The notes under the pieces are model-generated. The model saw nothing but the letters and a program-made list of their open reading frames with translations. It searched no databases and had not been told where the DNA came from. Position numbers and translations under genes: made by a program. A stretch of DNA of 64,000 nt, taken from assembly GCA_965216465.1 (NCBI GenBank), contig CBDCFW010000006.1, positions 512,001 to 576,000 on the forward strand, in the 5' to 3' direction. Shown piece by piece: positions 18,105-27,318 of the stretch (the first letter of the stretch is position 1; the number at the start of each line of letters is the position of its first letter). This DNA comes from Bacteroidia bacterium (lineage in GTDB: Bacteria; Bacteroidota; Bacteroidia; NS11-12g; UBA9320).

Positions 18105-18179
18105 TGGGCGATACTGGATTCGAACCAGTGACCCCCTGCTTGTAAGGCAGGTGCTCTAAACCAACTGAGCTAATCGCCC
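18105..18179 (-). tRNA. tRNA-Val (anticodon TAC), CCA not encoded
   Basis: GGGCGATTAGCTCAGTTGGTTTAGAGCACCTGCCTTACAAGCAGGGGGTCACTGGTTCGAATCCAGTATCGCCCA folds into a canonical cloverleaf. Confidence 0.97.
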
Positions 18180-18221
18180 TCTTTTGCTCATTTTTAAGAA
18201 CGTATCTCGTTTTGAGGGCTG

Positions 18222-18251
18222 CAAATATAATAAGCCATTTTATTCTGCAAA
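18222..18251 (-). promoter_or_regulatory. Bacteroidota housekeeping promoter of tRNA-Val
   Basis: -7 TATATTTG (18229-18222) and -33 TTTG (18251-18248). Confidence 0.7.
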
Positions 18252-18343
18252 ATAAAAAATACACAATTAGACACCTTAATGTGTATTGTTAATTCGTTTA
18301 CCTATTAAGCCGCACTTAAAATCGCTTTTTTTGTCTGCCTAAC

Positions 18344-20809
18344 TTGAAAAAATTCATAAAAATATCGCTGGTTATCCTAACCATCGTTGCCCTCGCAATA
18401 GGAGGAATAGGTTTCTATTTCTATAAAAATATTAAACCCATCCTCGTTCAAGAAATAAATAAAACACTAGCCGTTGAAGTTAATGTTGCCGATATCTCCA
18501 TTTCCGGCATTAAAGACTTTCCTAAACTTGGTGTTAAATTCTCTGACGTAAAAATCAACGAGAGCACCGCTTTTTACAACACCAACTTGCTCGAAGCTAA
18601 AGAACTTAACCTTTTTGTTGACGTGCTCAAACTGTACAAAGGAGTTTATGTTATCGACGCCGTTACACTTCGTGATGGATATATCAGCTTGTCCGATATG
18701 AAAAACTCGAGCAACTATGACATCTTTAAACCTTCTGAAAGCACAGACTCTTCGGCAGTTAGTTTCGAAATTAAAGATCTTTCACTCGTAAACTGCAAAC
18801 TGACTTACTCACATACCCCGTCAAATTTCGATTGTAAAGCTTATGCCCCTAAAGCCAGTATTAAACTCAAATACCTTGACAACGCTACCGATCTAAAAAT
18901 AAAAACAGGCTTAGATAACATGCATCTCAACCTCGATGGGGAAGCCTTCATCAATAATCAAAATCTTAAGATCAACACAGGCATTGTTGTTAAGACCGAT
19001 AAAGAACAAGTGCTCATAGCACAAAGTGATCTGATAATAGAAGATGTTCCCCTCCGCACCAAAGGAAGTGTAAGCTATGGCGAGGCATCACTTATTGATT
19101 TCACATTCGAGGGTGTTAAAACCAATGTGCAATCACTGATCAGTGTACTTCCAGAAAGTATTGCTTCTTCTTTCGAACACATTAACCTCGATGGGGAAAC
19201 GGCAATTAACGGCTTTTTCAAAGGAAGAATGACCGATAATTATAATCCCTCTTTCGGATTTGATTACGCCCTTAGCAATACCAACTTGTCCATTCCAAGC
19301 CAGAACATTTCATTAAAAGGAATACAAGCAAAAGGACTACTCGAAATTCCAGATATCAGCAACCTCAACAGTGCTAAAGCAACCTGTAATCTGAGTAGAG
19401 CTCATAGCGACAATAACTCCATTCGAGGGAGCTTAGACGTTAAGAACTTTAATCGTCCAACCATATCGTGGGAAGGAAGCTCAAGCCTTGATGCAAAGTT
19501 CATCTTCGCATTAGCTGATAGCTCAAACTTTAACGCGAAAAGTGGACGCATCGAAACTGAAGGAATGCTTCGTTTTACCTATGATGTAGAAGCAGAAACC
19601 ATGGTTCCCAATTCCCTTCAATTTAAAGGTCGGGTGATGGGACAGAATATTTCAGGACAATTAGTTGAGCCAAGCCTTGATGTAAAAGCAGTCAATTTTG
19701 ATATCAGTGCAAGCAATGAAAGAATGGTTATTAACTCAGCTACTGTTGATTACAACAATACCAAAGCGAAGTTAATTGGCTATATAGAAAACTACCCTTC
19801 TTTATTTGAATCAAAGCCGAACGCAAAACTTATAGGCGACCTCGATATTAACAATCTCGTTGTAAATGAACTATTTACAACTTCGGAGTCAACAGAATCA
19901 GCATCATCTTCATCGCAATATATTTCGCCAATTGCTCTCGAATTAAAAGCCAATCTTACGGAGTTTAAATACAACGAATTTGTTGCACAATCGATGACCG
20001 GAATGCTGCTCTCGAACCGAACGAGTATCAGAATGCCTAACTGTGAAATTGAAGCACTTGATGGGCACACAACCGCATCAATAACACTAAAAAACTGGGG
20101 TGAGAACTACTTATTAGATATCAATTCTGACCTGGACCAAATCGACATCACTCAGTTGTTTAAACAGTTTAACAATTTTGAACAAAACGAGATTACCCAC
20201 GAGCATATCAGCGGTAGACTTACGGGTAAGATTTTAACCAAGGTGATTCTTGATCCACAATACGAGCCAATCCTTCCGAAACTATACGCCAAAGCAAATA
20301 TCACTATAGAAAATGGCCAACTTAAAGGTTACGACCCGCTTAAAGAATTATCTTCTTTTGTAAATATCGCAGACCTAGAAGACGTTCGTTTTAAGACACT
20401 CAGCAACACCATCGAAATTTTCGACGAGACTATTTTCATTCCTAAAATGCGGATAGAAAATAATGCCCTCAACCTCGGAATAGAAGGCACCCACACCTTC
20501 GAAAATTACATGACTTACAGTATGGAACTGAGTGTAGCTGAACTCCTAGCATCTAAAGCCAACTGGATTGCCAAGAAAAAAGAACGCCGAATTGAAAAGA
20601 ATATTGATGGAGGTTTAACCGCATATATCCTCATGGAAGGAACTCCTGACGATCTGAAAATTAAATACGACCGAGCCACGGTGAAAGAAAAAGTGCAAGA
20701 CGAAATCAAAAAGGAGAAGACCAATTTCATAAAAGCTCTTAAAGGTGAAGCAACCTTAGACGATGATGAGGTTGAATCGAAAGACTACGATAACGTCTGG
20801 GACGAATAG
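18344..20809 (+). CDS. AsmA-family protein
   Basis: N-terminal TM anchor, FP.L...F, long beta-rich body, C-terminal F.TL.N.I.I...I.IP.M.I.NNA...G.HTF.N typical of Bacteroidota AsmA-like proteins. Confidence 0.75.
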   Translation: MKKFIKISLVILTIVALAIGGIGFYFYKNIKPILVQEINKTLAVEVNVADISISGIKDFPKLGVKFSDVKINESTAFYNTNLLEAKELNLFVDVLKLYKGVYVIDAVTLRDGYISLSDMKNSSNYDIFKPSESTDSSAVSFEIKDLSLVNCKLTYSHTPSNFDCKAYAPKASIKLKYLDNATDLKIKTGLDNMHLNLDGEAFINNQNLKINTGIVVKTDKEQVLIAQSDLIIEDVPLRTKGSVSYGEASLIDFTFEGVKTNVQSLISVLPESIASSFEHINLDGETAINGFFKGRMTDNYNPSFGFDYALSNTNLSIPSQNISLKGIQAKGLLEIPDISNLNSAKATCNLSRAHSDNNSIRGSLDVKNFNRPTISWEGSSSLDAKFIFALADSSNFNAKSGRIETEGMLRFTYDVEAETMVPNSLQFKGRVMGQNISGQLVEPSLDVKAVNFDISASNERMVINSATVDYNNTKAKLIGYIENYPSLFESKPNAKLIGDLDINNLVVNELFTTSESTESASSSSQYISPIALELKANLTEFKYNEFVAQSMTGMLLSNRTSIRMPNCEIEALDGHTTASITLKNWGENYLLDINSDLDQIDITQLFKQFNNFEQNEITHEHISGRLTGKILTKVILDPQYEPILPKLYAKANITIENGQLKGYDPLKELSSFVNIADLEDVRFKTLSNTIEIFDETIFIPKMRIENNALNLGIEGTHTFENYMTYSMELSVAELLASKANWIAKKKERRIEKNIDGGLTAYILMEGTPDDLKIKYDRATVKEKVQDEIKKEKTNFIKALKGEATLDDDEVESKDYDNVWDE

Positions 20810-21934
20810 CTAGTCGACAAACAGTTCGCTGCTGATATAATCAGCAAACAAAAAGCCTTCTTCCGTTAAGCCTATATGGTCAGCATTTCGCTTCATCCAC
20901 CCTTTCTCAACCCATTGCTTAATGTAGCCAGCAACATTATGTAAGTTGTTGATTTTGTACAGCTTATCTACCTTGTTCAGATCAACTCCCCACTTGGTTC
21001 TTAAACCAGTTAGTATAGCCTCATTGTACTTATCCTTCGCTGACAACACCTCTTCTTCGACAGTAGAAATGCCCTTATCGATACGCGATATATATTCTTT
21101 GTTATTGGCAATGTTCCAAAACCTGGAGTTTCCATTGAAACTATGAGCGCCAGGACCAACACCTAAGTAAGGTATTCCTTGCCAATAGGCCATATTGTGT
21201 TTGGAGTAGTTTTCTGTTTTACAAAAATTAGATACTTCGTAATGCTCCCATCCTCGAGCTTGTATCTCCTCTATCAAAATGGCATAGTGCTCAGAAGCCA
21301 AATCCTCATCTGGCATTTTGTACTTCTTCTGATTTACAAGGCGTTGATAGGGAGTATTCGGCTCAAGCGTTAAGCTATACGCTGACAGGTGGTTGACAGG
21401 CAACTGCAAAGCATGATTAATCGTTGATTTCCAGTTGCTTGCACTTAATTGGGGCACACCATAAATTAAATCGATGGTGATATCTTTAAACCCAATTTTT
21501 GACGCATGTTCAATAGCTGAGTGTGTTTGCTCATTGCTGTGACTGCGGTTCATCCACTTTAATATTTCATCATCAAAACTCTGAACGCCAATGCTCAATC
21601 GATTTACACCCAAAGTCCATAGCCCTTTTAAATATTCAGCTGTAAGATCATCCGGGTTACATTCAAACGTCACTTCAGGGTTGTCAATGATGTCGAACTG
21701 ATCATAAATTGTAGTCATAATCTGCTCAACCTCACCTAGAGTTAACACACTTGGTGTTCCTCCACCGAAGTAAATGGTACGCACATAATCTGATATAAAT
21801 TGTTGACGTTCAACGATTTCCTTACAAATAGCTTCCACCATTTCGCTACGATTCTTCTGGTTTACTGAGAAATGAAAATCACAATAGAAACAGGCCTTTT
21901 TACAAAATGGGATATGAAGGTAAATTCCAGACAA
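20810..21934 (-). CDS. hemW: radical SAM heme chaperone HemW
   Basis: YLHIPFCKKACFYCDF, YFGGGTPS, HYEVSNF, HNMAYW. Confidence 0.92.
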   Translation of the reverse strand: MSGIYLHIPFCKKACFYCDFHFSVNQKNRSEMVEAICKEIVERQQFISDYVRTIYFGGGTPSVLTLGEVEQIMTTIYDQFDIIDNPEVTFECNPDDLTAEYLKGLWTLGVNRLSIGVQSFDDEILKWMNRSHSNEQTHSAIEHASKIGFKDITIDLIYGVPQLSASNWKSTINHALQLPVNHLSAYSLTLEPNTPYQRLVNQKKYKMPDEDLASEHYAILIEEIQARGWEHYEVSNFCKTENYSKHNMAYWQGIPYLGVGPGAHSFNGNSRFWNIANNKEYISRIDKGISTVEEEVLSAKDKYNEAILTGLRTKWGVDLNKVDKLYKINNLHNVAGYIKQWVEKGWMKRNADHIGLTEEGFLFADYISSELFVD

Positions 21935-21974
21935 TATGCTATTCTAGCTTGGTAATTCGTTTAATTTTGAAATC

Positions 21975-23747
21975 GTGCACAAAGTTAGAGCAATTTGGGG
22001 GTTAAATGGTCGGGGCTTACTGGGCTTAATAGCAATCCTCTTGATATCAATCAATTCTCAGGCACAAATCAACACACTTTGCATCAAGACTGGAGACCAA
22101 GTGGCCTGCCAATCTGTTAGAGATAGTGCTGCTTCAGTTATTGTGCTTAAGAATTTGCTTACAGAAAATCGAATTGAAAATTATTTGGCCGCTTCCATAG
22201 ATTCATTAGCTACTAAAAATGACACCCTCTTTGCCTACCATTATCTCGGTGAAACATACACAACTATTGTTCTCAGAAAGCACAATTTTGGAAAAGGATA
22301 CTTAAGCGATAGCACCAATGTTTCATTAAGCACATCACAATTTGTAAGTCTACAAGATCAGATAATTACCGCGTACGAGAACAATGGATATCCATTTGCC
22401 AACATTCAACTTGACCATATTGAAGTTGTTGAAAATCAACTGGTTTGCAACGCTCAGTTATTTACATACACGCCAATAGCTTACGACAGTTTGCAGATTA
22501 TCGGGGAAAGTGAAATGTCGAAGCAATACTTACAACGCTATCTTGATATCATCGAAGGAGAAGCATATAAAGAGCTAGATGTACGTGCCATTGACAAAAA
22601 ATTGAGAAACCTCCCACTTATTAAATTGAATAGTGCTACGCGTGTGGTTTTCTATCAGGGCTTAGCTAGAGTAATTTTAGATATTGATGATATAATCACT
22701 GATCGGGTAGATGGTGTAGTAGGATTTGCTCCAAACAGTTCAAATTCTGAAGAGAACACCTTGCTACTCACCGGTGAAGTGCATATTGAATTGAACAATC
22801 TTTTTAAGAGTGCTAAACAGCTGAACCTCCATTGGAGAAACTATCTGCAACGCTCACAATTACTTGATGTTGGTTTTACCTACCCCTATCTCTTTAATAC
22901 CAAGCTTGGAATTAATGGAGAGCTAAACATCAACAAGTACGACACCTTGTTTGTAAACCTCAAAAGCAAACTGTCTTTTCGTTACCAGCAACGCGGAAAT
23001 AACTACATAGAATTCTACTACCAGAATATTAATAGCAATCTAATAACAGCGGATACTGTAGCTGTACGAAACACAAAAAGCATACCTACCAACAACCCCT
23101 ATAACATTGACAACTACGGAGTTGCATTGTACCAAAGAGACTTTGACTACCTGCCAAATCCCCGGAAAGGATATATGGTATTAATAGACGCTGCTTTAGG
23201 ACAAAAGACTATTTTAAGAAACACCCAAATTGACCTGGTTGAATTTCTGAACACAGAAACGGGCCAAATGATATCGGTATATGACACTATAGACAAAAAA
23301 AGTTTGAGGGGAAACATCAGCCTTCAAACCGAATTGTTTATACCTATTCGAAAGAGTAGCACCATACGACAAAGTCTTCAAGTTATGGGATTGTTCAGCG
23401 ACCAAGTTTTTTTCAATGAGCTTTACAATTTTGGCGGATTTTCTTCGCTTCGAGGATTTGATGAAAACGAGCTCTTTGCCAGCAAAGCTGCCATCTATAC
23501 TATAGAATACCGCTATCTATTGGATGAAAACAGCAATATCGGATTGTTTTTTAACACAGCTCTAATCGAAAACAAGCTCGAAAGCGATGACTTGATTTAC
23601 AATAACCCTATTGGATTTGGAGCTATTGCCAACATCAAAGTTGGTGGTGGAATTTTAAATATAGCTTATGCTCTGGGTCAGCAGCTAGACAACCCAATTC
23701 AGTTGAATACCGCAAAATTTCACTTTGGTATCGTAAATTATTTCTAA
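21975..23747 (+). CDS. BamA/TamA (Omp85)-family outer-membrane protein
   Basis: YENNGYPFA POTRA-like segment, FGGFSSLRGFDEN loop motif, C-terminal aromatic beta-signal. Confidence 0.8.
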   Translation: MHKVRAIWGLNGRGLLGLIAILLISINSQAQINTLCIKTGDQVACQSVRDSAASVIVLKNLLTENRIENYLAASIDSLATKNDTLFAYHYLGETYTTIVLRKHNFGKGYLSDSTNVSLSTSQFVSLQDQIITAYENNGYPFANIQLDHIEVVENQLVCNAQLFTYTPIAYDSLQIIGESEMSKQYLQRYLDIIEGEAYKELDVRAIDKKLRNLPLIKLNSATRVVFYQGLARVILDIDDIITDRVDGVVGFAPNSSNSEENTLLLTGEVHIELNNLFKSAKQLNLHWRNYLQRSQLLDVGFTYPYLFNTKLGINGELNINKYDTLFVNLKSKLSFRYQQRGNNYIEFYYQNINSNLITADTVAVRNTKSIPTNNPYNIDNYGVALYQRDFDYLPNPRKGYMVLIDAALGQKTILRNTQIDLVEFLNTETGQMISVYDTIDKKSLRGNISLQTELFIPIRKSSTIRQSLQVMGLFSDQVFFNELYNFGGFSSLRGFDENELFASKAAIYTIEYRYLLDENSNIGLFFNTALIENKLESDDLIYNNPIGFGAIANIKVGGGILNIAYALGQQLDNPIQLNTAKFHFGIVNYF

Positions 23748-23767
23748 ATGCTCACCTTTGTAGGCCA

Positions 23768-24442
23768 TTGATGATACTATCAGATCTTGTACTTCGAAAT
23801 GAACTTCCAGCAGCATTAAAATTTGCACTGCTTGGGCTTATTTTCTTGGTTGGAGTGCTCTATGTTTTGGTTCCAAATTGGTTGGTATCGATTCGTTTAT
23901 TGGCTTATTTGCCCATTCAGAGGTTTTCATGGCAAAGTGAAAAATATACCATTAACAACCTGTTTCGTATAAGCTCCATGCTTAGTATCAGCATGGTTTA
24001 CGCCATTTTTGTTTACGCTTATATTTCTTCAGAAAAACTTTTTTTGGTGGAAGACGGCACTTTAAACTTCTTAATTATCTGGTTGGGAGTGGTTATTCTT
24101 ACCGTGACTAAATACTTCCTAAATGCTTATTATTTTGGTCTGCATCAGCACAGCGAACTTGGTAATCTAGTTGTTGATTATCAATACAGTATAAACCAAT
24201 TCTTTGCTCTAATTTTAGGGGTACTGCTTTTGGTAGATGTCTTCTATTTCAAGCTAGATAGTAACTTATTCATTGCAGAGGTAATCTTAGTAATCACGCT
24301 GTTTCTCGTTAAATTGTTCGGAGTGATTTTAATGCTTCAAAACAATTTTAACTATCCAATTCTTAGTCTTTTTGTTTATCTTTGCACCTTCGAAATCGTA
24401 CCTATACTAATTTTAGCAAAGGTGCTTTTCGTAAACAGCTAA
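23768..24442 (+). CDS. DUF4271-family membrane protein
   Basis: Multi-TM protein with C-terminal YLCTFEIVP; lies upstream of hemD as is usual in Bacteroidota. Confidence 0.75.
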   Translation: MMILSDLVLRNELPAALKFALLGLIFLVGVLYVLVPNWLVSIRLLAYLPIQRFSWQSEKYTINNLFRISSMLSISMVYAIFVYAYISSEKLFLVEDGTLNFLIIWLGVVILTVTKYFLNAYYFGLHQHSELGNLVVDYQYSINQFFALILGVLLLVDVFYFKLDSNLFIAEVILVITLFLVKLFGVILMLQNNFNYPILSLFVYLCTFEIVPILILAKVLFVNS

Positions 24443-24451
24443 GGAGTTACA

Positions 24452-25192
24452 TTGAGCGTAAAAAACATTCTCATCTCGCAACCCGATCCGGGTGACAAAA
24501 AATCTGTTTATCATAGATTGACAGATAAGTATGGTATAAAAGTAGATTTCAGACCTTTTATTGAGGTTAAAGGTGTACCTGCAAAAGATATGCGAAAGCA
24601 ACAGCTTCGTATTTTGGATCACACTGCCGTAATTCTTACTTCTAGAAATGCAATTGATCATTTCTTCAGAATTGTTGAAGAAATGAAGGTAGAACTTCCA
24701 ACTACCATGAAATATTTCTGTGTTAACGAAGGGGTTTCTCTTTACATTCAGAAATATACTCAACTCCGTAAACGTAAAATGTTTGTTGGAAAAGGTACAG
24801 AAGCTTCATTCCTTGAGTTGCTTAAAAAGCATAAAACTTTGAATTACTTGTTCCCTTGTTCAAATATCAGAAAGGATTCTATTCCTAACTTTATGGACGA
24901 GAACAACATCCAATATACTGAAGCCATTATGTACAACACTGTAAATGCAGATCTTTCAGACCTTGCAAGTGTGTATTATGACATCTTGGTATTTTTTAGT
25001 CCACAGGATATTTCATCGTTGTTTGCCAACTTCCCTGATTTTACACAAGATGATCGTGCCATTGCTGGGTGGGGTAAAACAACCAATGTTGCTTTGTCAG
25101 AAGCTGGATTAAATAATACCATTCCTGCTCCATCACCAGAATCTCCGAGCATGGTTGCAGCAATCGAAAAGTTCGTGTTAGCTAAGAAGTAA
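24452..25192 (+). CDS. hemD: uroporphyrinogen-III synthase (Bacteroidota type)
   Basis: ILISQP, DFRPFIEV, TSRNAIDHFF, YDILVFFSP. Confidence 0.88.
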   Translation: MSVKNILISQPDPGDKKSVYHRLTDKYGIKVDFRPFIEVKGVPAKDMRKQQLRILDHTAVILTSRNAIDHFFRIVEEMKVELPTTMKYFCVNEGVSLYIQKYTQLRKRKMFVGKGTEASFLELLKKHKTLNYLFPCSNIRKDSIPNFMDENNIQYTEAIMYNTVNADLSDLASVYYDILVFFSPQDISSLFANFPDFTQDDRAIAGWGKTTNVALSEAGLNNTIPAPSPESPSMVAAIEKFVLAKK

Positions 25193-26366
25193 TACGCTTA
25201 CACAAGTAACTTTCTTTTTCTTTCCCTTTTAACAAATACAAGAAATAATCGCCACCGTCTTTGGTGTTTAGTTTTTTATGCCACTGTTCTGGTTTATCCG
25301 AAAGGCCTTTTATCGCAATATTCAGGTTTGTGACTCTTAGATTTTTTAAGCTTTTCTTTATCTCTTTTGGAGAAATGCCTCCTCGATTCAAAACTTCAAG
25401 ACATCGTCCTCCTTCAATTACTTCTTGATCTGAGAAATACAATTCAAAATCAGGATGCTTTGCCATTTGACTATCCTTCAAATAATATTTTGCCAAACCA
25501 GCCTTAAGCAACAAAGCATTGGGATGGATTAAGAAGTTGTATTGCTGCACCTTTTCTACGCTTACATAGTCAACATTTTTCCATTCCGATTCAAAATGAA
25601 AACCGCTAGAAACGTCATGCATTACAACCATTTGAGTTGAAGAACCCGTCTTATAATCGAGCACAACTCCCAACTCTTTAACTTCATTCTTTTGTGCTAT
25701 GATATGAACTTCAGTTGCCGCATCGAACTTTCTCCAGACTTCATGAATGTCGAACATAGGTGACAATTTGATGTACACTTTGGCAGTGCATTCTTCTAAT
25801 TGAGCTTGCAATCTTGTAACATCTGGGGACAGGTCTTCTAGTTTAATTCCACGTTTGTCCGTTACTCGGCGGTCTGGGTCAATATAAACCCAGTCGTAAT
25901 TGCCCTGTAAAGAAGCTACACCGTCGCCCAAAACTCTTTCAACGTTTACAATACCCAATTCTTTTAGGTTATAAGAAGCCAATTCATGCAAATGTTTATT
26001 GTGATCAACTGCGATAACTTTATCAAAGTTTTTGGCCAGAAATATCGAATCAATTCCCAAACCCGCAGTGATATCCAACAAGGACTTTCCATTTATAAAA
26101 GTTTGTTTGTATTCGGCAACGTTTTGAGACGTCGCCTGCTCATATGATCGTTTATCGACAGCAAGTAATTGGTTGTAAACTAGAGGTATTTTGTGCTGAG
26201 CCTTCTTATAAATGCCCATCAATTGTAAGCAGACTGCAATATTAAAGGATGTTTTACCTGAGTATTTTAGCGACAGTTCAGCATATTGGTCATTTAAATG
26301 TCTAAGTATAAAGCTTTTGGCTTCATCATTTTTCAATACGTCTATAATGTCTTTACTTTGCAACAA
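25182..26366 (-). CDS. class I SAM-dependent methyltransferase with THUMP-like C-terminus
   Basis: EQATS, LDITAGLGID, YIDPDRR, IKLSPMFD, KDGGD. Confidence 0.82.
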   Translation of the reverse strand: MLQSKDIIDVLKNDEAKSFILRHLNDQYAELSLKYSGKTSFNIAVCLQLMGIYKKAQHKIPLVYNQLLAVDKRSYEQATSQNVAEYKQTFINGKSLLDITAGLGIDSIFLAKNFDKVIAVDHNKHLHELASYNLKELGIVNVERVLGDGVASLQGNYDWVYIDPDRRVTDKRGIKLEDLSPDVTRLQAQLEECTAKVYIKLSPMFDIHEVWRKFDAATEVHIIAQKNEVKELGVVLDYKTGSSTQMVVMHDVSSGFHFESEWKNVDYVSVEKVQQYNFLIHPNALLLKAGLAKYYLKDSQMAKHPDFELYFSDQEVIEGGRCLEVLNRGGISPKEIKKSLKNLRVTNLNIAIKGLSDKPEQWHKKLNTKDGGDYFLYLLKGKEKESYLCKRITS

Positions 26367-26414
26367 TTTACCGATTACACTCGTTTTAAGAGGGTAACAA
26401 ATTTAGAAGCAAAC

Positions 26415-26549
26415 ATGAACGTAAAAAAAATATTATCTCTACTTACTATCGCTCTGTTCATCTCTGTATTAGCAACTTCGTGTGCTTCACGCGACCAATG
26501 TCCTGGTGTTGGATCAGTTGATCAAGACACCGTTGAACACATCGGTTAA
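26415..26549 (+). CDS. small 44-aa lipoprotein
   Basis: ATG 26415: MNVKKILSLLTIALFISVLATSC-ASRDQCPGVG...; lipobox plus a CP motif. Confidence 0.65.
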   Translation: MNVKKILSLLTIALFISVLATSCASRDQCPGVGSVDQDTVEHIG

Positions 26550-26554
26550 CCCTT

Positions 26555-26884
26555 ATGTGGAAATACTCAAAAGAGATTGACATTCCATTAGTCCTTAATC
26601 AAGAAAGGCCTAGTATTATCTTCAAACACAGCAACCGCTGCTCGTTGAGTGACATTGCCTTACAACGTATGTTATCGGCTGAGCATGAAATCAACAAACA
26701 TTTTGATTTTCACTTGATCGATGTGATTGTAGATCGATCGTTGTCGCAGCATATTGCGAATGAATTAGAGGTTCATCACGAGTCTCCACAAGCCATCGTC
26801 ATTCATAATGGAGAAGTGGTGCTTGCAGAATCTCATTTGGCTATTCGGCCAGATGAAGTTATTGAGTCGCTTAACTATAAATAA
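26555..26884 (+). CDS. ytxJ: bacillithiol-system redox protein YtxJ (DUF2847)
   Basis: IFKHSNRCSLS and VHHESPQ motifs. Confidence 0.88.
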   Translation: MWKYSKEIDIPLVLNQERPSIIFKHSNRCSLSDIALQRMLSAEHEINKHFDFHLIDVIVDRSLSQHIANELEVHHESPQAIVIHNGEVVLAESHLAIRPDEVIESLNYK

Positions 26885-27278
26885 AGCGAATATCCTGTAT
26901 TACATCTGGGCCTAAACTTCGAGCAACGGGACAAGTATGTGCCGTTTTTTCTAGAATCTTCTTTTCACGATCAGACCATTCATCCTTTATATTAAAAATC
27001 ACGCTTATTTGAGCAATTCTTCTGGGATTTGAAGCCATAATTTTCTCAACATCGGCCTCAATGTTTTGAAAAGGGATATTGGAAGCGTTTGCTTTTATTC
27101 CCATTACCGTAATCATGCAAGCTGCAAGTGAAGTCGCCACCAAATCAGTTGGTGAAAACAGTGCTCCTTTTCCCATGTTGTCGGTTGGAGCGTCGGTTGA
27201 AATATGCGTTCCTGATTTAATGTGAACGCATTCGGTTCTTAAGTCACCGAGGTATAATACTTTGGATGTAGTGCCCAT
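26871..27278 (-). CDS. OsmC-family protein
   Basis: TDAP.DN.GKG..FSPTDL..SLAAC and CPVA motifs. Confidence 0.9.
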   Translation of the reverse strand: MGTTSKVLYLGDLRTECVHIKSGTHISTDAPTDNMGKGALFSPTDLVATSLAACMITVMGIKANASNIPFQNIEADVEKIMASNPRRIAQISVIFNIKDEWSDREKKILEKTAHTCPVARSLGPDVIQDIRFIYS

Positions 27279-27318
27279 ATTTTGAACAAAAATTGAGAAT
27301 ATTCGTTATTTTTACAAA

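Noticed and set aside
4400-18105. Classical integrase-borne genomic island with attL/attR duplication of the tRNA 3' end
   Set aside because: No integrase or transposase ORF is present and I found no same-strand duplicate of the tRNA 3' end. The TCGCCCA match in the repeat is only 7 nt and on the opposite strand.
17510-18264. Seven overlapping ORFs across the repeat array and tRNA
   Set aside because: They are open in several frames on both strands only because the repeat is GC-rich and stop-poor; the peptides are repetitive and some overlap the tRNA.
18258-18287. Inverted repeat AATACACA...TGTGTATT between the tRNA and the asmA-like gene
   Set aside because: It is short and AT-rich, with no second copy or supporting context, so it cannot be told apart from chance.
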